Source: Podarcis cretensis
Lineage: Eukaryota
NCBI GenBank assembly: GCA_951804945.1
Contig: OX638154.1
Span: forward strand, 68,262,001 to 68,326,000
DNA length: 64,000 bases
Direction: 5' to 3'
Under the pieces are notes generated by a model, which had not been told where the DNA came from, did not search any database, and saw nothing but the letters and a program-made list of their open reading frames with translations. The number at the start of each line of letters is the position of its first letter. Position 1 is the stretch's first letter. A program made the translations under genes and the position numbers. Positions 37,764-49,545 of this stretch are shown piece after piece.

Positions 37764-38488
37764 TATCCTACTTTTTCTGGAGCCTTCCTTCCCTAAATTT
37801 ACTACATCCATCTTTCTTTCTCTCTCCTGTGGTGGGGCCAACAAGAAGTTGTCTATCATTCCTCAAATAAGATACCCAATTGCCAGATTTATCTCTTGGT
37901 TTCAGACTGAAGTTTGGCAACAGAAGTTTGGTTCATTTGACAAACAATGGCTCAATTTCCACTTGTAAACAGCACTGTGGCTGCTTGTTAATGCCACTGA
38001 ATTGCTTCTGTGACAAGGAGATTCTTATCAGGAAAGCCAAGCTGTTCATATGAAACAGCTTGTCATATGATCCCATCAAGTCTTCACCATGTTAATCAAA
38101 ATGCACGATTGAATGTGATCAGCTACTTCATGTAAGGTTACCCTAAGTAGCAGACTACTTAATGTTAGTTTTCATATAGAAAATTCAGCCTAAACCATAT
38201 ACAAACACAGTATTAAATTAAATCAAATCCAAAGACCACTTAATTCTTACTACATAAAAAATGATCTTTATTTCTTTGGTCCTGGAAGCTTTGAGAGCAA
38301 AATGTTTATTTTTTTGGTTAAACTATTAAGTAGCCAAAAATAATGTAGTGGTTTATTTAAGTTATGCCTTTGTTTAATGCAACTTTTCCTTTAATATGCT
38401 TTAATAAAATTAAACCAAGATTATATTGGCTTGAAAGCAGGATTATGTAACTAAATGTGTACACACAGTTGTATGTCATGTTCTTTGA

Positions 38489-38494
38489 AATAAA
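38489..38494 (+). terminator. NEXN: Candidate NEXN polyadenylation signal AATAAA
   Basis: AATAAA followed by U/GU-rich sequence; another AATAAA at about 38403. Confidence 0.6.
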
Positions 38495-39097
38495 ACATTT
38501 GCATTTGTTTTGTATTAGATGGTAGGCATTGTCCAGCATCTTGCTTGGAATATTGAACCAAATTTGTATCTTTCAGGTTGGAAGTGTTAGAATCATAGTG
38601 AATGATGTTTCAACTTACATCTCGTATTGTATAATTATTTACTGAATCATCTCACTCAGTATTTACCAGACACAATACAGAAATATGTATGTATAACAAG
38701 ATATTACAGCCATGCTTTTTGCTACATGAGAAACAACCAATAGAACGCCAATATAGACTAAAATGTGTGCTGGAATGGAGAGATATGGAAGAAATTTGCA
38801 TAATCTTCCATGGGATTTTGGCTTACTTTTATTGATCAGGACAACTGATTTACATTTTATGCAGGAGATAACTGGGTCTCTTCCTTACGTTGTACCAAAT
38901 GACTTATTCTGTACCTGAACTGGAAGGTTAATAAATATGTTCAGTTCCTAAAATTGAGTATGTTCTTTATTTAATACTTGGCACAGCTGCAAATACTGGA
39001 AGAAACGGCAACACTTCATCTTCCACTTGAAAAGCTTTAAGTACCTGCCCCTTACCCCCAAAAAACCCACAGGAGACAAATTACCCATTAGTTTACA

Positions 39098-39103
39098 TTT
39101 ATT
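39098..39103 (-). terminator. FUBP1: Candidate distal FUBP1 polyadenylation signal
   Basis: tttatt on + (AATAAA on -); another at 38966-38971. Confidence 0.45.
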
Positions 39104-40526
39104 GAGAACTTATACAAAAACATTACAATTAATGTGTATTCATGAGTACATACAGTGTCAATATTGCAAGCTCAACACAACATACTGTAAAGCATTTGAT
39201 TTACCTCACGTCCAAGCTGCATGTCCCTAAGATACTTCCCATCACAGTAGCCTTTAAAAGACAATCTTCTTTTTTTTACACGGGTAGTTTCTGTAGCACT
39301 ATCTTAGGACAAAAATGCATCTTGCATGCATATAAGATAAAGGTTGCATAAACACAGGACTTTCATAGGGTACTACCAGTAGGAAAGGAGTAGCTACTGT
39401 TTGCATTGTGTAGGGCCAAATGTTTTGCCTTATGAACTGCTAGTACACACAACAAAAATCGAAAAGTTCTTTCTACTGCCTAGATTATGAAAAGAAAGAT
39501 TTCTCAGCAGCTGATGTAATATTTTCAGAAAGGTGAATGATATAGCCTACCTAGTTACTAAAAATAACTGCAATTTACACGAATCTAAAGATCACTTTTT
39601 TAAACTAGCAAAGCATATCCTATACAGCACACATACTGAAGGGTGATCTGTAAACATTGTTATTAGTTGAAATTAAGATCATCTTTCCAAACATTCATTA
39701 CTCTCACTGCCTAACATTCTGTGACTGGGAAATTTGCACTTATTTTCCCCCTGCCATAGCACAAGAACCGCTCAAGGAAAACGAGGCAACTATGTATATA
39801 AAGGTTCAAACTCAATGAATGGAATGGAATGCAAGGTTGCTGACAGAAATCAGACAAAACTGAATACCAAAACTACACTTGGTGCAAGAAGATGCCTGTA
39901 GGTCCACCAGCAAATTGATAATGAAAATAAAAAAATGCTTAGTATAAAGATTATCAAAGCAGATGCATAATCCCCTATGCCAACAATTTCATTCTAGTTT
40001 CTATTACATCCCTTCCCTTGAAATTTCAAGCTATGTTTATATTAAAAACTGAGCAGCGAAAACAAGCTGTTTTAAAATGGGGAAACAAAATCCAACAGAG
40101 ATGAAGCTCTTCAGCACGTATCTAGTTCTCATATAATAATGAAATCTAACATGTTGAACTACAACAAAATATGAAGTGGCTCGAGGGAATTCAAGTACAA
40201 CTATTAATTTAGTTGTGAAATGCAAAACATTATCTATGCTTGACTATTCAGCAAAGTGTAACTTGATAGATGGTTTGTATTATTACCACATAACAAATTA
40301 TGGAACATTTATGGTCAAGCAAATAGCACTTTAAAGAATGAGAAGCGATTAAAACAGGCAAATTATACCCTACACCATTAAGTATGGGATACATTTAAAA
40401 TCGGTATTGTTTTGCCAATTTTACCTTCTACATGGAGCCCTTCTATGGTCCATGCTCATCGGCTCATCATGGCCATACACTCAAAGGAATCCTCTTTATT
40501 GGAAGTAACTATCTCAGGACCTGATT

Positions 40527-40564
40527 TTATGAGCTATGATTTGGTGCTTGCAGCATCTTCAGCA
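40527..40564 (-). CDS. FUBP1: FUBP1 distal alternative terminal exon, coding part (VLKMLQAPNHSS* or AEDAASTKS* depending on entry phase)
   Basis: Acceptor ttttcacacacag|TG. One frame encodes AEDAASTKS*, which I recall as a mammalian FUBP1 isoform tail. Confidence 0.65.
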
Positions 40565-41385
40565 CTGTGTGTGAAAATGAAGGCAGGGTTTTTTGAATAT
40601 TTTTCTTTGATGCAGAGAAAAGCAGGACTTTTGATAAAATCAAAGCATTTTATTAAGTGACAAACAAAAAACTGATGGTACTGCCTTAGCATCGTCTATC
40701 TAAACTGAAAAAAATGCACCAGTTAAGCTATCTAAATAAGCCATATACAAAACATTTAAACTGGCAAAAATATACAGCGATTCAGCTGAAATAGCAAAGT
40801 AGGAAGGAGTTTCCTATAAAAAGGAAAGATTTGCTGAACTGTTAACATATCACTGGTAATACATGCTTTCTACAACTATTCTGCAAAATTCAAGTCTAAA
40901 TTTCCCTTCTTTATCAAATAAGCAAGCTAGGTTATGTTTTATGGTGTATAACTTAAAATCCGTTATTGCCTTGGGAATGAAACACACAGTATGCTTGAAT
41001 AAGTAGTATTGGGTATAACATCCTTTGAACATTATAAAAGCATTTGTGAAGGCTGTTGAAATTCTGACCAATATTTCCTGTATCTTGAAAAAATATTTTA
41101 TATTCATTTGTAACAACTCTGTTATTGAGGGAAAAATAGTAAAAGTGACTTACTCAAAAATTATTGCAGCAATCCACTTATCTTTTAAAAATAAAGATAC
41201 ACATTTACCCAGAAATGTAAATAATTGTTTCAGACTTTCCATTGGAATGAAACCATGAAGAGCAGAATACATTTGGGGAAGATATTGGCAGATTGCTTTT
41301 GAATACACAAGCACAAAAAATTCTCACAGGGACAACATTAATAAACTGAAATATGTATTTATACACTTCCTTAGGTTGTGCTTAC

Positions 41386-41431
41386 CTGTGCTTTTTGCAG
41401 CAGAACCTAAGGTGGAAGGTCTGGGAAGGCA
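41386..41431 (-). CDS. FUBP1: FUBP1 alternative exon CLPRPSTLGSAAKST
   Basis: ttcacag|TGC...ACAG|gtaagc, 46 nt, open in phase 0; peptide recalled from mammalian FUBP1 isoforms. Confidence 0.75.
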
Positions 41432-42196
41432 CTGTGAAGTATAAATAATTGCACTGTTTGCAATTAATAAAGATTTTATACTTTAAATGAATCAAAATCA
41501 ACAGCCTCCATTTGGTGAATGATAAAGAATCTGGTGAATTGTTGCTCTGTTTAGTTAGTAACTACACCATTTTCGAATAAGCTACAGACTAATCATGCAA
41601 AATATTTGATCTAGAGACTTTACAGCCTACACTAAATATATTTAATAACTTCCTAGTAGTCTTTTCAAAATTTAAATCCTAACCTAAATTGGGATAAAAA
41701 TAATTCCCTCCTGATTCTACAGTACAACAAAATGCATTTCTAATTATCTGTGCAGTAAAACTACTTCATTTCTGATCTCATTTTGTTCTTTTCTTGCAGC
41801 CATCCTAAGAGTATACTCCAAAACAACAAAATAGTTTTCCAAAAATAAGGCTAATAAAGGTTTAGAAATTAACATATACTTCTATCACCAAATAAATGCA
41901 GACAACTGAAGACAATACAACCTCCTCCTGACAAGCATTTCAAACTTTTGTTTTTAACAATGCACAAGTTTTTATCTGAATATATCTCATTTTTGAACCC
42001 TAATGAACAATTATTACTTAGGTAAATGACAATTTCTTTTGCTAAAGCTAAATAGCTCAAGAATACTTACCATTAAGCTCATACACATACATTTATGAAC
42101 ACCTAGGTTTCTGAATTAAGAAGCAATTATGATTTGCTAAAATATCAGCACTGTATTTTATTCCAACATAATATTCACACAGGTATGGCATTTGCA

Positions 42197-42398
42197 NNNN
42201 NNNNNNNNNNNNNNNNNNNNNNNNNNNNNNNNNNNNNNNNNNNNNNNNNNNNNNNNNNNNNNNNNNNNNNNNNNNNNNNNNNNNNNNNNNNNNNNNNNNN
42301 NNNNNNNNNNNNNNNNNNNNNNNNNNNNNNNNNNNNNNNNNNNNNNNNNNNNNNNNNNNNNNNNNNNNNNNNNNNNNNNNNNNNNNNNNNNNNNNNNN
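42197..42398. other. Assembly gap (202 N)
   Basis: Run of N. Confidence 1.
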
Positions 42399-43095
42399 AT
42401 CTAATAGATGCAAAAAAAGCAAACAGTGGATTTTAACAGTATACCAATTTTCAGTATGAATTAGTAAAAGTAAAAAAGTTTTATGGAGATTTTTCAAAAT
42501 ATAACTTAATGACTAGTCTTCAGCATTTTAAAACAGAGCTCATCTGCAAGACGTTTTTCTGTTAAGCACTCCCAGACTCCAAATGGCATATTTCTAACAC
42601 AAACGCAGTTTTAGTAACTAAAAAGCATATAATCCTTACTACACTGAATTCTTAAGCAAAGTGCTGCAAACCGATTGCTTAGCACATATTGCCTTTTAGA
42701 ACGATTCAATAACAAGCCTGAAAAAATATACTAAAGAATTAAACCATGTATAAAAACAAATGTTAACTATAGCAGCTATATGGGTCTGAGACAGTGGTCA
42801 TGGATAAAAAAGAAAATGCAACTGTTAATGCAGTAGAAGTATGTCAAGGAACATCTTCATGTACATGCAATTTTTAATCAAGTAGAAAGAGGAGGATATC
42901 AAGATGCTAAACAGCAAAATACAGTAATGAAAAAGATCCTTCTATAACTATTCTGCAAAGGGAGAATACCAATGTAAAGCTCAAACTTTCAAGGAAAAAA
43001 ACCTTAATTGTGTACATGTACAGCATTACTAAGAAACCCTTGAATTCTCCGAGTACCCACATATCCAACTTACCGACACAGGAGGTTTCATATTA

Positions 43096-43101
43096 TTTAT
43101 T
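43096..43101 (-). terminator. FUBP1: Proximal FUBP1 polyadenylation signal AATAAA
   Basis: gtgctttacAATAAAtaatatg on -, about 330 nt after the GQ* stop. Confidence 0.7.
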
Positions 43102-43427
43102 GTAAAGCACAAAACAGGCATTTAAAAGTGATCAAGTATACATTGAAAAAGTACATTTATATCACAAAGCATTGACCACATAATAGTTGCAAATACATTT
43201 GCTGGAATGTGTACATCTACACTAATGTACTAAAAACAAACCAATTTCCATTTCTACACAGAAATATTACCTCCTATCAGTAGTGATAGATATTTTGTAC
43301 ATTTTCAAAAACACTATTTTTAAACCAAACAAAATTATGATCTTCAAGAAGGCGTCTGCATCCATACATTTAACAAAGGTTTTTTTCCCCCACATAATGA
43401 AGCAAATACTGTATTGTCCACTTCTTA

Positions 43428-43436
43428 TTATTGGCC
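43428..43436 (-). CDS. FUBP1: FUBP1 canonical last exon coding part, GQ*
   Basis: gcacag|GGC CAA TAA TAA; canonical FUBP1 ends PAPQGQ. Confidence 0.92.
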   Translation of the reverse strand, partial: GQ

Positions 43437-43810
43437 CTGTGCGAAGAAATACATAAGAGATACACAAAAAGTTAAAGAAAATCTTTTTTAAATTGTGCTA
43501 ACTCAGGAGTGAAGCCTTTAAGAAAGAAAAATTGGTTAATGTAATGGTGGTGGCTTCCTGCATGGCTTCAAAAACCCTGGGAGGAGAAATTTTTTGATCA
43601 AAAACATCGAATGTATGCAAAGAAAGACACAGAACTCCAGTTAACAGAGCATAAATCAATTTACGGATTATCTTTTACCAGGATAAATAATGCATACTCC
43701 AGGTAAGATATCAAAGTGGGAGACATGCAAAAAAACAAAAAACACCCCACAAGATAAAGGTTTAAAAAAAATCACTAAAATATCAGCCAAATAAGTCAAG
43801 ATTGTTATAC

Positions 43811-43956
43811 CTGTGGTGCTGGAGGATGTTGTGGCATTCCTTGTGGACTTGTCTGGGCATAATAGGCTGCCTGCTGTCTATAGTATTCAGCCCACGCTGC
43901 ACTATAATCTGGCTGACCCGCTGGTGGGGCTCCGGCTGGAGCTGGAACTGCCTGAC
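43811..43956 (-). CDS. FUBP1: FUBP1 exon, (G)[32 protein letters not shown]...PPAPQ
   Basis: ctag|GT...CAG|gtataa, 146 nt, phase 1/0. Confidence 0.97.
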
Positions 43957-44041
43957 CTAGAACAAACATACATTACACAACTCTGGTGCCATAAAAGGGA
44001 CAAAAGAAGCTCAAAATAATCTCGTTTCTAACAAACATTAC

Positions 44042-44101
44042 CTTGCTTCTTGTAATATTCCTCCCAAGCCTTTGAATAATCTTGTGGCTGCCCTTGTTGA
44101 C
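44042..44101 (-). CDS. FUBP1: FUBP1 cassette exon, (G)[19 protein letters not shown]
   Basis: ttgcag|GT...CAAG|gtaatg, 60 nt, phase 1/1; encodes an extra tyrosine-rich motif. Confidence 0.9.
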
Positions 44102-47100
44102 CTGCAAAACCCCCCACATTTTAATGTAAACACAGCTCCCAGGTACACCAAAATTACAGACAAGAATACAGTGGAAGAGTTCTTTGCTGTTTTATTTGAA
44201 GTTTAGTGCAAACAAAGAGAGAGATAATATTAAATCTCTAATTTGTATATTTTCTTCTACACATTGTTCCACAGTTTAAAATTAAGATTTAAGTACTGTA
44301 TGCCTACATTTGAGCTCAGCATTTGTAGAATGGCTCATAGCCCCACCCCTCAAAAGTTTACGGCAGAAGTGTGTGTGGGGAAATCTATAGCTGAGATGCC
44401 CCACTCCATATTAAGTATATTGTTACATACATAAACTATCCCACCCGATCCCAGTTATTGCCCCCCCTGTGAGAATTGTATTGCTGGGGGGCGGGGGGAT
44501 GTACAGCACATACACACAATATTCTACAAAGTGGGCACACAGGAGTCACTGCCGTGTTCCTACAAGGTGAACCAGCCCTGAAGTGTATCAAACTGAGAAA
44601 GTTTGAACATTACTTCTCCCAACACTGCTTCAAATATTAAGAATGCATTTCCTGTCAAAACACGTTTAACACACATTTAACGACATTAGATTTTTCAATT
44701 GCTGCCTATGCAGAACATAGAAGAGTCAGGCTGGTCAATTCCTAGTGACCACATGGGTTCCTTTAAATTAGCTCACTGATTAATTGTGTATGTTTTAATT
44801 AATTAATAAAAATTAGATTTTCAAAGCATATTATATATTTATACTGAATGAAGCAAGATCATTAGTCTTAAAGTTGAAAGGGTCACAATAAAAACTAAAA
44901 GAAATCAAGCGTGTCCTTGATGTTTTCCCCACGCCTTCTAAGTGAGTTGGCATGTAATGGTGGGAGAAGGAACTCAAGGGATTTAGAAGCACCACATCCT
45001 GTCATTCCTCCAAAGAATTATCAGATATATGGAGTTAAACTTTTAGCATCACAAGGAATCCTATGAAGTTGCTTAACCTATGAGATAGAGGTCATCTACT
45101 GAGCTTCATATATAGTATCATGAGCCCCCAATTTCAGGTAATAACATACATATTAAATTACAAGTTCTGTAACTGGCTCATATATTACTTTGGAATCAGA
45201 CAATTCCAACTATAAGGACATCCATACTGATAAAAATGGCTGAAGGCAAAGTACTGCTATACTGATGTGATTTTTTTATCAGACCAAAAAGTGGCCTCCA
45301 AGTGTCTACTGTTAATTCTATTTCTGAAATAATCAAGGTGGCTCAGACAGGATAATGTTCAGGAATCTTTTAAGTACTTAACACCTTAGGAAAATGGCAG
45401 AATAGAAATATTGAAGTAATGTTTAACATTAATGTGATATTTAAAGTATAGCATCTTGTTTCAATTTATTGATGCATGCTTTAATATCTTACTATAAACA
45501 AGATATTAACTTGATCCATGAAAGGATTAATTCTACATAATTTTTAAATACATCACTGTTGAGGGGACATGTGAACAAGAAATGCACGCAAAAAACTAGT
45601 TCCAAGTTGTAGTAAAACTTTTGCCAAAATGGAAATTGTTATACCAACAGAACAACTTGCTTGGATACTGCTCTTAGTGCACAGTAGCAAATGTATTATT
45701 TTTTATTTTCTGACATTTAACTTAAGGTGATATACATGGATCCCAGATAGTTGCCCATATAAACACCATAGCTGCTTAGCTTCAGCAAGATGCTGACATT
45801 ATTGGACGCATACTATATATACACTGGGACTTAAAAGTCTTTGAATCTGAAGCTATGCAACATTCAGGAGTGGAGGGCATAGATATTTCCTGCAGTGATG
45901 CTAGTAAGTTACTTTTACAAATATGTCACAGTCATAAAATAATAGCCTTGGATATGACTACCAGAATCTTTGAATGGATCCAAAGATCCCACTGCATCAT
46001 GTAAAGCATTTCTGCTTGTTCACAGGAGTCTATTATTGACTCAACCACCCTCTGTTCTCAAGAGCCATTTTAGAGAGTCTAACTACCTGAAACCAGGTTA
46101 TAGGGGTGAAATACTTCTTTCAATATGCCCCTCCACCTGAGGGAAGCACTTTCTACTCAAACAGCTGGGTCTCTGGATCCAAACTTCTATTTTGCTCTAA
46201 CAAGGTTTGAATCAATTTGTAGCAGAGTAAGCAGTAGAAAACCACAAACAAGGGTGTTACTGTGAATTAATTCAGACTAGAATTACTGGTAAAGTTGTAA
46301 ATATTGAGAAAGCAGTTCTAGGGTCTTAGCAGTTTCTTAAGAGAATCATCATATGGAATTGCTGTATTTGAACTAGTCTGTAGATTACATATGCCAGGCT
46401 GATTTAAAACATTTGGAAGAACTCTAAACTCAAGAAAATGCCTACCTTTATCTGCTAACAAGGCTATTATGCCCTCAAGAGCTAATTTGGCATTCCTTGA
46501 AATCCAACTGAAAAAACTAGTCCTGCATATACTCTATTTTAAAATCTCTGCTCCACAACTTAGATTCAGTCATGCTTTTAATGAAAAACATGGCAATACC
46601 AAGAGAAGGGCAGAATAGTCGTGGCAATCACTATTCTCTTCCCCCGCTCTGCCACACACACAATCAAATGAATCCAGGAGTAATGATTAACATAATTTTA
46701 ATTTACGGGCACACCCAAGCAAAAATACCAGAATGAGGCTGGTCTACGTTAAGAGATTGAGCATCCTGTCAGACCTGCATATATTTCCCTGATTAAGAAT
46801 ACCTGGCTAACCTTATGTCTGAAATATATGGGATTTATTGTAAATTTCTGAATTATGCTCATTAAAAACAACAACCAGGATGTGATAATTCTATAAGAAT
46901 GGTTAATGTCCCTTGAAATTCCAAAAGGGCTCAAGTCTCTCTCAATCACATTTTTGTTGTTCCTGCCTCAACCTAACTCACATGGTACAGCTTCACCTTT
47001 CCTCTCTGCTCTTTGCAGGCACAGTGACACTGAATTCTGGTGTGTCCCTACATTAGAGGAGAAAGAACTACATGGGTCTTTTCATGACACACATCTAACA

Positions 47101-47531
47101 TGAATGGAAATGACAGAACTGTGAGATGGTGTCTATTAAGTGTGGCAGACTTTTCCATTTAGCTAGCTAGAGATATGCTCGTTACTGGCAGCGTACATCA
47201 TCTGATATGATGACGGTCATTAAGTGTAATGGCTGTTGTTATCAAGCACTGATAACTCCACAAGGTAGAGAGAAAGATGGTGAGATGTTTTAGGATACAA
47301 AATCTAAGTTACTCTACACTTCATGCAAAATAGCTATCCTTGCAATTCCCTGAGAACCCACTTTTCTTGATACATAATGAAGAGGTATTCATAAGACTCC
47401 CAATTCTTAATTTCAGGAGCAACCGAGTAAATTATCTTGCTACTTAAAAAATGCATATGAAACAGCAAAGCTTTTTAGAGAAGTAAATAATAAAAGCCTC
47501 CTTTTTACACCAATAAAAATGTAAAACATAC

Positions 47532-47606
47532 CCATTTTTTTATAGTACTCTTCCCATGCCTTGGTGTAATCTACCTGCCCTGCTGGTGCTGGATTTGGCT
47601 GATCTC
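47532..47606 (-). CDS. FUBP1: FUBP1 exon, (G)[24 protein letters not shown]
   Basis: gtag|GA...ATGG|gtatgt, 75 nt, phase 1/1. Confidence 0.97.
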
Positions 47607-49545
47607 CTACATGAAAAGAAAGTTGAAAGAAAAAGCTTTTTGTGCGAACATGGATAGAAATACTGGCAGAGATAGTTCTGCATTTAAATTTACATACATT
47701 ATGCGAAGTCAACAGCTGACAAGAGACCAAAAAACCCACAAGGTCAACTGGAAGGTATCTCACAGCACAATGAGCAAAATTACATTATGGGTGAGTGTCA
47801 GTCACTTATTTAGGAACTGCAGAGGATACCAACACTGAAATGTAGAAGCATACAGCTGATGCAAAATACAACACACACATTTTCCAAGTAGTTTAAAGCA
47901 ATGATTCTGAAACTGGTATTTTTTACAGTCAAAGACTCAAGGCATAGGACATACATGATGACAGTTGGTGGGCACCCCACATCCATCAATGTCCTTTCTT
48001 CAAAAAGTCAGTAACAAAAAATCCCTTCCACTGATTATTATTTGTACCCCGCCCATCTGGCTGGGTTTCCCCAGCCACTCCTTTGCTCTACCAAGGCTCC
48101 CTCAGATTCCAATTTGACAAAGTCTGGTCTATATACCATGATGGTCACATGTGTCTGAAAATGTGTATGCATTGCAGTTTTTTTTGCAAGAGTTGTTTGA
48201 TAGTTGGCTGTAGTGCCAGATAAAAGCACTACAGTAGAATATATTATGTATATCGAAAGGCTAGTATTTTGATCTATTAACGGTATCAACAAGCACACCA
48301 GTGATGAAATCTAGACAAAATTTGGGCACCCTACAGTTGTCATGCACCAAGTTGTTCAGGCCAAATTTCTACCCAAATGCACAGATTAGTATATGGTATC
48401 TGGAGCACTGGCTTCTTTTCTATTTGGCACTTCCAAGCAGGAGCTGAGTATGTATGGCTGTGTGTGACACTAGCCTTATCCTACACACTAGCATTATCCT
48501 ATCTCTGTATAGAAGGAACGGTGGAAGAAACAGGTGTGTGATTCCCACAATGCCACATCAATGCTCTGGCACTATAGGAATAAGCCATGAACAGTTTCAG
48601 GCTCACGTTATTCTTCTTGCTGCTTATCCAGAGATCTAGGAATTTCAATCCAGGACTTGCATTTGCCAAGCTTAATGCAGCTGTCTGAATAATATGACAA
48701 ACTATAGTTTACTGCCAAATCAGGACTAGAATCCTGAACTGCAATGGTGAATAGGTGACAGCATGTCAGCCTCTGACATAATGTTTGCCACACTATCATA
48801 GTGAAAAGAATGAGAAAAAAAGGATAAGAGATCAAGGGCAAAGGAAACTGGATGGAGAAGGGTAGAAAGAAAGGTGACGGATAGAGCAGCAATCCAGTGG
48901 TAGCCAAGACCTTGACAATGCTCTGGGCACTTTTGCTGAAGTAAGATTAAGATGATAGGGCCAGAAAAAGGAAAAACTCGAGGTAGAGATAGCCACTGAC
49001 TTGGAAAACAAAGAGGATTGAACATGATCCAGCAGGCACTTCCTAGGTTATGCTGATTCCCCTTGCAGAAGCTGGTAATCTCTAGTCTCAATGCACCAGC
49101 ATGACACATAGTGCTCAACACAATTTTCAATTCTAGTCTTAGAAAACCAGCATTCATTTTTGCAACAGATCATTTTTGTTATACCATCAGAATTTCTGGT
49201 GGAATTTGTGAGGCAAGACTGTGTCTCAGATTATATGAGACTATCTAGTCAAAACAATGCCCTGGATTCGAAGTTTGAATGAACTCAAGGAAGTTCATGA
49301 AATGAAATTTTGCTCTCCCACCGACTTGTGCCTCCCTGAAAAGCCTCTTCTGCGGACTGGAGATCTTTAATAGACATTGTGGGATGGGATAATCACTCCA
49401 AATTGAGCAGACCTTTCCCCACATTATTCAGGAGAGGTCCCTGAAGAGCTTTTTCGAAGAGTCAAACCTTCCTTCAGTGAACTTCCTTAAAGTTCTTAGG
49501 ATCCAAGCCTCCAAATACAATGATCTTACAAAACTGATTGGGTAC

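Noticed and set aside
42093-42497. ORFs spanning the N run
   Set aside because: Artefacts of the assembly gap.
47205-47255. Box C (ATGATGA) and box D (CTGA) pair suggesting a snoRNA
   Set aside because: Only about 45 nt apart, no terminal stem, and antisense to the host FUBP1 transcript.
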